This document shows positions 7,332 to 12,948 of a DNA stretch of 12,948 nucleotides, in pieces. A model generated the notes under the pieces. It saw only the letters and a list, made by a program, of their open reading frames with translations. It was not told where the DNA came from and made no database searches. Position numbers and translations under genes: made by a program. The stretch lies in IMG/VR virus record IMGVR_UViG_2671180986_000009; one strand, 5' to 3'. The stretch's first letter is position 1. Each line of letters begins with the position of its first letter. Origin of the DNA: a virus (lineage: Duplodnaviria > Heunggongvirae > Uroviricota > Caudoviricetes).

Positions 7332-8549
7332 TTATTTGCCAGTGAGCGCCTTGATGGCTGCCACATCTTCCAGCACACAGTCAAAACGATGGAAAGCCAG
7401 AAATGCCACCTGATCAAACTCAGCATAACGCTCAACCAGACGTTTCAGTTCCATATAAGTAACGCGGCGAATGATAAAGCGGTTGAAATCCCCCAGGAAA
7501 ATGAATTTTTTTCCGGTACCAATCCCGTCAATAGCCTGATCAATAACATAAGGGATCCCCAGCACAGTAGCCGGCGTACCGCCTGCAATATCCGGCAGCC
7601 ATAACGGGCGTTTCTGCCCATCCTCCATCTCTTCAATAGTCTGCAATGTGGCATCATTGAATGCCCAGCGGTATTTCGGCCCACCACGATATGCCGGATC
7701 AATGGCATGTTTCAGGGCATTCATTTCTTTCCAGGTGAAAGCGGCAGAGGCTGCAGTCTGGATGGTTCCCGTCACCGACGCTGCCAGCCCTTTTGGCTGT
7801 AACGGTGATCCCGTTCCGGTCCCCTGAACCAGATATTTTGCCTCTCCACGACCAATACGCTGGGCAATACGGTTTGCCAGATAAGATTCAATATCCACCC
7901 CACTGTCCTGGAGCAGCTCATTGGACACACGAATTATTTTTGATGACAGCTTTTTAGCCCCCAGAATAGCGGTCCCGAACGTCACATCCTGTTCCGTTGC
8001 GGCTGTATTTTCCGCCAGCAGTTCGCCCTCTTCAGTCGTGCCATCAGACGTTGACCAGGTGATATCCTGCCCGGTTGATGTGGTCAGAAGTTGCGCCACA
8101 CTGGCAATCCCGCCATAAGCCTTCATGGTGTCAATGATTTTGTTACGCATCTGCGTGGGCACCGTATATCCGCCCTGAGAATCCGTTGTTACACTCTGAG
8201 CCCGCAGTTCACGCATCAGATTACGCTCTTCAGCATTCAGTTCTGCAAATCCGGCACGCAGAAAACGGTTAAATGCCGCAGCGCGCTTCTCTTCCACCGC
8301 CTTTTTCCCGTTCTCCGCCTCATTATTCTGGCGCTCTTCCGGCCCGGACTCATCCACATATGCCTGATCCTGACGGCGCAACTCTTCTTCACGGGCGATT
8401 TGCTCATCCAGCGCATCCAGCTCAGCTTTCGCCCTGTTCCACTCTGCCCGTTGCTCATCAGTCCATGCGTTATCACCAATTTTTTCATGCAGTGCACGCA
8501 TATCCTTTGCAATGGTGTTTCGTTTTTGCTTCATCTCATGAAGTTTCAT
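7332..8549 (-). CDS. Major capsid protein, HK97 fold
   Basis: 405-aa ORF with a charged coiled-coil N-terminal (delta/scaffold-like) region followed by a capsid-like body. Position is directly downstream of the prohead protease. Confidence 0.9.
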   Translation of the reverse strand: MKLHEMKQKRNTIAKDMRALHEKIGDNAWTDEQRAEWNRAKAELDALDEQIAREEELRRQDQAYVDESGPEERQNNEAENGKKAVEEKRAAAFNRFLRAGFAELNAEERNLMRELRAQSVTTDSQGGYTVPTQMRNKIIDTMKAYGGIASVAQLLTTSTGQDITWSTSDGTTEEGELLAENTAATEQDVTFGTAILGAKKLSSKIIRVSNELLQDSGVDIESYLANRIAQRIGRGEAKYLVQGTGTGSPLQPKGLAASVTGTIQTAASAAFTWKEMNALKHAIDPAYRGGPKYRWAFNDATLQTIEEMEDGQKRPLWLPDIAGGTPATVLGIPYVIDQAIDGIGTGKKFIFLGDFNRFIIRRVTYMELKRLVERYAEFDQVAFLAFHRFDCVLEDVAAIKALTGK

Positions 8550-8563
8550 CGTCAGTAGTATCC

Positions 8564-9163
8564 TTATGCATTAAGAAGAGTCAAAAGACGCTCACGCGCC
8601 ATTCGTTCGTTAACAGCTTTCTTCAGCGCACCACTCGCCCGCGCTTCCTGCCAGGCTTTCATTGAGCGGACACCAGAGTCTGCGTCCTGATAGGCCGGAT
8701 ATGTCACCGGGCTGACGTCATACAGACGAGAAATGCGCGTGATTTCCCGGATAACAATCCCCTCGTCGTCTTCATACCAGCTCTCTCCGTCACGGGCGAC
8801 ACGAAACGCGAACGAGGACTGATTAATGTCACCACGCAACATTGGAGACAGCACCAGGTCACAAATAGTCGGAGTATCCGGTGCAACAATGTCATAACGT
8901 AAACCGCGTTCATCCACCGACAATGACAACGTGCCGGCAGAACTTCGTCCGAGAATGAAATTAGGATCATGATTAAACAAGCCACGTACATCATCATTCA
9001 GTACATCATCAAAAGCCCCCGGCTTGATGATTTCACGAAATCCCCACAGAGGTTCTGAACGACTGTTAAATACCGAGCCATACCCCAGAATGTGGGTCGG
9101 GGCATTATCATATTGTTCCGCCCGCACCTCCCCGCTGTAACAGCGCGTTTCACGGTCATTCAT
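8564..9163 (-). CDS. Prohead maturation protease, HK97 family
   Basis: 199-aa ORF (MNDRETRCYSGEVRAEQYD...ILGYGSVFNSRSEPLWGFREII...DVSPVTYPAY...). GAGGA ribosome-binding site about 9 nt upstream of the ATG; start overlaps the portal stop by 8 nt. Confidence 0.85.
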   Translation of the reverse strand: MNDRETRCYSGEVRAEQYDNAPTHILGYGSVFNSRSEPLWGFREIIKPGAFDDVLNDDVRGLFNHDPNFILGRSSAGTLSLSVDERGLRYDIVAPDTPTICDLVLSPMLRGDINQSSFAFRVARDGESWYEDDEGIVIREITRISRLYDVSPVTYPAYQDADSGVRSMKAWQEARASGALKKAVNERMARERLLTLLNA

Positions 9164-10382
9164 CGTTCTTTTCCTCTTTGCCTTTCGTATCTTTAAAGTT
9201 ATTCAACGGATTTGCTGCATTTACGCTGACCAGCATTTCATCCAGACCGTCAACCGGGTTCATATCCTCAAATGCCCTGGCTTCATTCCGACTCATCCAG
9301 CCATCTGTAATGGCAAAGTGATAGAACTGCGCACGCTCCTGTGGGGTCCCACGGAGCAACCCCGTGAGGTTGAAACGAACGTAATACCCGGCAGCCCGTT
9401 CTGTACGGGTAAACAGGCGACGGTTAAGCTCCTGCTCCCAGTTCGCAACCCAGGGCATCATCGTGTAGCGAACAAACTGAATCGCCTGCTGCGTAATATT
9501 CGAAAATGTGGCTTTTTCCAGGTCATTAATCATGTGCGCCGGGACATTAAAAATCCCGGCAATCATCGACCGGTTCAGCTTGGTCATATCAATGATCTGA
9601 GCATCCACCGGAGAAACTGTCAGAGCGCGGTAATCCAGTTGCGCAGGCAGCAACATGGTTTTATTTTCCTGGCTGCGAAGCGCTGTCACCGCCCGCTGCC
9701 ACATATTTTTAAGCCTGCCCCAGCTTTGTTCGTTCAGTTCATTTTTCACAGAAATAATACCGGCAGGACGGGCATTACCGTTAAAAAAGGCGCTGGTATA
9801 CTGCTGGCCACTCATTCCCATACCAATGGTTTCAGCATGCTGCATGATCGGGCTCAGTCCCATTTTCTGATTGTTTCCCAGCGCCCTGATATGGATCATG
9901 TCGTCCGGACTTACCGCAAATGCACCCTCTTCGTTATACACCCCGTAAGTATGACGCCCACCGGTGTTAAGTAACGTGGTTTCCCATGGCATACAGCATT
10001 CAAGGCTGGTAACCTCTCCACGACGATTACGTTTTACCCACGTATAACCATTGCCCCACCCCAGCACATGACGCTGCTTCAGTTCCCGCCACTTATAGCT
10101 GGTCTGCCAGGCATTAGGTTCATCATGAACGAGCCAGAACAACGGATGATCGCGTGCCGGCTGAACATGCTCATTCGTTTTTCGCATCACATGCAGGGGC
10201 ATCTGAGCCACACTGGATGAAATAACATAAATACAGGCATAGACAGCAGCCAGCTTCATGGATGTTTCCGGACTGACATACACATCCCGGGCAAAAATAT
10301 TATCCGTCTCAGCGGCCTCTCCGGTTACCGGAACCGAGGGATTTTCCAGAGGCTCACTGCGAAACAGAGCATCAAGAAGCAT
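9156..10382 (-). CDS. Portal protein, HK97 family
   Basis: 408-aa ORF with a strong GAGGAG ribosome-binding site 5 nt upstream of the ATG at 10380-10382. Size and position between large terminase and protease fit a portal. Confidence 0.9.
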   Translation of the reverse strand: MLLDALFRSEPLENPSVPVTGEAAETDNIFARDVYVSPETSMKLAAVYACIYVISSSVAQMPLHVMRKTNEHVQPARDHPLFWLVHDEPNAWQTSYKWRELKQRHVLGWGNGYTWVKRNRRGEVTSLECCMPWETTLLNTGGRHTYGVYNEEGAFAVSPDDMIHIRALGNNQKMGLSPIMQHAETIGMGMSGQQYTSAFFNGNARPAGIISVKNELNEQSWGRLKNMWQRAVTALRSQENKTMLLPAQLDYRALTVSPVDAQIIDMTKLNRSMIAGIFNVPAHMINDLEKATFSNITQQAIQFVRYTMMPWVANWEQELNRRLFTRTERAAGYYVRFNLTGLLRGTPQERAQFYHFAITDGWMSRNEARAFEDMNPVDGLDEMLVSVNAANPLNNFKDTKGKEEKNDE

Positions 10383-10512
10383 GTTTTCTCCTCATGGACA
10401 CCACCAGTGCATAAAGCAGCAACAAACAGCCCGACAGCATCAGAGACGCTGGCAGACCTGCATACAGATAAACGCCAGCAGTGAGCAAACCGAAACCGAT
10501 CAGCCCGGTCAT
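10372..10512 (-). CDS. Small hypothetical hydrophobic protein (46 aa, predicted membrane peptide) in the terminase-portal intergenic gap
   Basis: ATG at 10510-10512, 17 nt after the large terminase stop; TGA at 10372-10374 overlaps the portal start. Translation MTGLIGFGLLTAGVYLYAGLPASLMLSGCLLLLYALVVSMRRKHAS. No clear Shine-Dalgarno, so expression would rely on coupling to the terminase gene. Below the length cutoff of the supplied ORF track. Confidence 0.35.
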   Translation of the reverse strand: MTGLIGFGLLTAGVYLYAGLPASLMLSGCLLLLYALVVSMRRKHAS

Positions 10513-10529
10513 ATCAGTAATAAGCTGTT

Positions 10530-12287
10530 TCACAGAATTAACAGGTCCTCATCAGGATCAAGCGTGGACAGAAAGTCATTCACGCCCCCGCCATTTACCA
10601 GAAAGCGGCTCATGGCCGTAAAAAGCGCAACAGGGCCGTCGATTTTGGCTTCAGGCGTGGATTTATTCGGGAAGATGTTGTCGTTTTTGTCCGGTTTTAC
10701 CGTAACGTTAGACATCATCCAGTTCATGACCGGATGATTGCTGTGATGGAAACGCCCGGCATAAACCAGTGATTCCGTTTCCTTCATGGCCTCTGACAGA
10801 TTGCGGACCGTCTGCGGAACCTCCACCAGCGGTATCCCTTCTTCAGCCAGTGCCAGGCTGAACTGCATTGCGCTCCACGGGTCAAATCCCAGTTCCCTGA
10901 GGTTTTCACCGCCAATCCATTCCAGTAAGTCACTTTTTATCTGAGCATGATCGATAACATCACCATCCGTCAGGATGAGCTTATCCATCTCCGCCCACTT
11001 CCGGTAAAGTTCTGCCTGCTGCCGCGAGCATCGCTCCAGCCGTCCTTCCGGAAGCCAGAATTTAAAATCAGCATGAACATGTCCGTTATCGGTTCGCCAG
11101 AGTTTTGCCGCCGCACAGATATCAATCTTATGAGCAAGGTCTACGCCGACCCACATGGGATATGTTTTCAGCTCATGTTGTGGAGCAATGTATTCGCACT
11201 TCTCCCACTTAATCATATCCATCCAGGCAGATTCGGCAGTGACCCACACATTCATGTGTTTGGTAAAAAAATTCACCCGCGCAGAGACCTGCTCCTTCGC
11301 TTTTTTCGCCAGACGACGCAGATCATCCCAGCGTTTACAGATGCCCAGGCCAGGATTCGCTTTCTGCCAGACCGTTTCATCAAACGGATCATCTCCCTCA
11401 TCGAGCGTGTAAATGATCGCAAAGTAGGAGTCGTCTTTTACCGCGCCCTCCACGTCGCTGTTATAGCCTCGCAATACCTTAATGGCGTAATCGCGCTGCT
11501 CGTAGCAAATCCCTTCCTTGTTAAAGCCAGCCGTGGTGATGCCAAATAACAGAGACTGCAGACGGGCACCGGTTGCCGTTTCCAGAACGTCCCACACGTC
11601 ACGGGTTTTATGAGCATGCAGCTCATCAATAATGGCGCAGTGGATGTTCAGACCGTCCAGGTTGTTTGCATCCGAGGAAAGCGGTTCAAATTTTGATGCG
11701 CTCTGCTCCTGGTAAATCGCCAGCTTGTTGAAATCAAACAACCGCCCGAGTGTCGACCGGGCTTTTCTGACCATATTTTTGGCGTCTTCAAACACAATTC
11801 TGGCCTGGTCACGCGTGGTTGCGGCTGAATACACCTCAGCACCGCCTTCACCATCTGCCCCCGTCATATACAGACCGATACCCGATGACAGGGTTGATTT
11901 TGCGTTTTTACGGGCAACTTCGTTGTATGCTGTCCGGAACCGGCGCACCATCACCGGGCGTCCACTGCCATCGCTGCGCATGACAACTTCCCCGGTTTCT
12001 TCATTCACCAGCGGAATGACAAAACCAAAAATATTAATGAGGATAAACACATGCCAGTCCATCAACTCAATGGGCTGACCTGCCAGCGCCCCTTTCACAT
12101 GGGGTACAAATTTGTAGAAATTAAGGATGTGCTGTGCACGAGGTTCACTGAAATAAATCCCCCGCTCTTCGCCGTACTTCAGATCATCAAGAAAACGCTG
12201 GCAGGCCAGACGGACAAATTCGCCAGCAACAATTTCTCCTGCAACAACACGTTCGGCGTAGCGGATCCCGTCACCCACTTTTGCCAT
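10530..12287 (-). CDS. Terminase large subunit
   Basis: 585-aa ORF (MAKVGDGIRYAERVVAGEIVAGEFVRLACQRFLDDL...) typical of HK97-like large terminases. Its ATG overlaps the small subunit stop (ATGA at 12285-12289). Confidence 0.92.
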   Translation of the reverse strand: MAKVGDGIRYAERVVAGEIVAGEFVRLACQRFLDDLKYGEERGIYFSEPRAQHILNFYKFVPHVKGALAGQPIELMDWHVFILINIFGFVIPLVNEETGEVVMRSDGSGRPVMVRRFRTAYNEVARKNAKSTLSSGIGLYMTGADGEGGAEVYSAATTRDQARIVFEDAKNMVRKARSTLGRLFDFNKLAIYQEQSASKFEPLSSDANNLDGLNIHCAIIDELHAHKTRDVWDVLETATGARLQSLLFGITTAGFNKEGICYEQRDYAIKVLRGYNSDVEGAVKDDSYFAIIYTLDEGDDPFDETVWQKANPGLGICKRWDDLRRLAKKAKEQVSARVNFFTKHMNVWVTAESAWMDMIKWEKCEYIAPQHELKTYPMWVGVDLAHKIDICAAAKLWRTDNGHVHADFKFWLPEGRLERCSRQQAELYRKWAEMDKLILTDGDVIDHAQIKSDLLEWIGGENLRELGFDPWSAMQFSLALAEEGIPLVEVPQTVRNLSEAMKETESLVYAGRFHHSNHPVMNWMMSNVTVKPDKNDNIFPNKSTPEAKIDGPVALFTAMSRFLVNGGGVNDFLSTLDPDEDLLIL

Positions 12288-12769
12288 CAGTCTCTCGCTT
12301 TTAAAAGCTCTGCCAGCGGATCAACATCATCCGGTCCGGCGGTATTTACTTTCGCCCGGCTTGCCGGTGACATACCAAACTCTGCAAGCATCGCCCGAAT
12401 CCGCTTCCAGGCATCAGCCTTCATCGCAGCAGCCGGGTGTGCCTTGATCAGCACATCGCCATTCTGCGTTTCCGTGCGGTAGGTATAACCCTCAACATCG
12501 AGTATTTCGCAGTGATGCCGGTATTCGGTGTAGGCTTCCACCAGTAACTCGAGCGCACGTGCATCGAGCTGAGAAATGATCCCTTCCGCATTCAGCTCTT
12601 CCGCCATTCGCCTGAACCAGTACTTCCCCTGCGCCCCTAAATGTTGCGGAATTTTAGGGAGACCTTTTTCATCCTTTTTAGCGGTTTTTTTGGAGTCTTT
12701 AACTGGCCGCTTAGAGGGGTTACCTCGTATCAAATGCAGGCGTGGCGGGGTTTTCGGGGGTCCAGACAT
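12287..12769 (-). CDS. Terminase small subunit (P27 family)
   Basis: 160-aa ORF with a basic N-terminus (MSGPPKTPPRLHLIRGNPSKRPVKDSKKTAKKDEKGLPK...), located directly upstream of and translationally coupled to the large terminase. Confidence 0.85.
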   Translation of the reverse strand: MSGPPKTPPRLHLIRGNPSKRPVKDSKKTAKKDEKGLPKIPQHLGAQGKYWFRRMAEELNAEGIISQLDARALELLVEAYTEYRHHCEILDVEGYTYRTETQNGDVLIKAHPAAAMKADAWKRIRAMLAEFGMSPASRAKVNTAGPDDVDPLAELLKARD

Positions 12770-12788
12770 AATCGGTTTTACCTATCAA

Positions 12789-12948
12789 TCATTTAATCAC
12801 ATTCCAAAAAAAAGTTTTCGAACCTGCGGCGATGCGAGGAAAGGTCAGGCGGCGGTACTGAGCAGCCAGGGTTGCAGAGATTTGACCTGCCCCTCCCCTA
12901 CAGATGGGAACTGTTATCAATTGATGCGTTCGCGCGCTGTTTTTGCTT
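12789..12948 (-). CDS. Possible C-terminal fragment of an upstream gene; may instead be non-coding packaging-site DNA
   Basis: One minus-strand frame is open from the window edge to TGA at 12789-12791 (...RGGAGQISATLAAQYRRLTFPRIAAGSKTFFWNVIK*). No recognisable family, no start visible. Confidence 0.2.
   Translation of the reverse strand, partial: SKNSARTHQLITVPICRGGAGQISATLAAQYRRLTFPRIAAGSKTFFWNVIK

Noticed and set aside
7112-7435. 107-aa minus-strand ORF starting inside the capsid gene (MSVMLSLIRWHF...)
   Set aside because: Its first 60 codons overlap the 3' end of the capsid gene out of frame. The real connector start is the ATG at 7253-7255 with an AGGAG site, and the ORF tail after the mask (DAVFPGCLPQGRKFYQP) is out-of-frame read-through.
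9318-9974. Plus-strand ORFs antisense to portal, terminase, capsid and protease (9318-9974, 10947-11549, 8091-8558, 8273-8665, 12051-12482 and others)
   Set aside because: They are shadow ORFs on the strand opposite long, well-supported genes. Their proteins are low-complexity (Pro/Arg/His/Cys-rich) with no ribosome-binding sites and they do not fit the uniformly minus-strand operon.
1-12948. CRISPR arrays, tRNA or rRNA genes, IS elements, integrase or attachment sites
   Set aside because: No direct-repeat/spacer periodicity, cloverleaf-like segments, inverted terminal repeats or recombinase-like ORFs are present in the unmasked sequence. The window is internal to the structural operon, so prophage ends are not expected here.

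Overview
The window is a single minus-strand late (morphogenesis) operon of a lambdoid prophage, probably enterobacterial, with about 3.2 kb hidden by N-masking in eight runs (1722-3485, 3557-3587, 4456-4489, 4609-4843, 5580-5610, 5734-6016, 6040-6857, 7168-7178). Reading right to left: small terminase (P27 family), large terminase, a small unannotated hydrophobic ORF, HK97-type portal, prohead protease, major capsid protein, gp6-like head-tail connector, head-tail adaptor, masked tail-completion genes, major tail protein (lambda V-like), tail assembly chaperones G and G-T with a -1 slippery site, tape measure protein (lambda H-like), minor tail protein M, and a disrupted minor tail protein L. 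So the head module is HK97-like and the tail module lambda-like. No tRNA, rRNA, CRISPR array, IS element or integrase is visible in the unmasked sequence. The observations most worth a second look are: (1) a 46-codon hydrophobic ORF filling the terminase-portal gap; (2) the L gene, whose first 13 codons are joined out of frame to a mid-gene segment; (3) the A_AAA_AAG frameshift site of G/G-T; (4) intrinsic terminators flanking the capsid and tail-tube genes; (5) frame jumps across masked gaps in the connector and tape-measure genes, which are either mask artefacts or real frameshifts. All protein identifications are from recognition of the translated ORFs against remembered family sequences; no database search was run. 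Anything inside the masked runs is unassessable.
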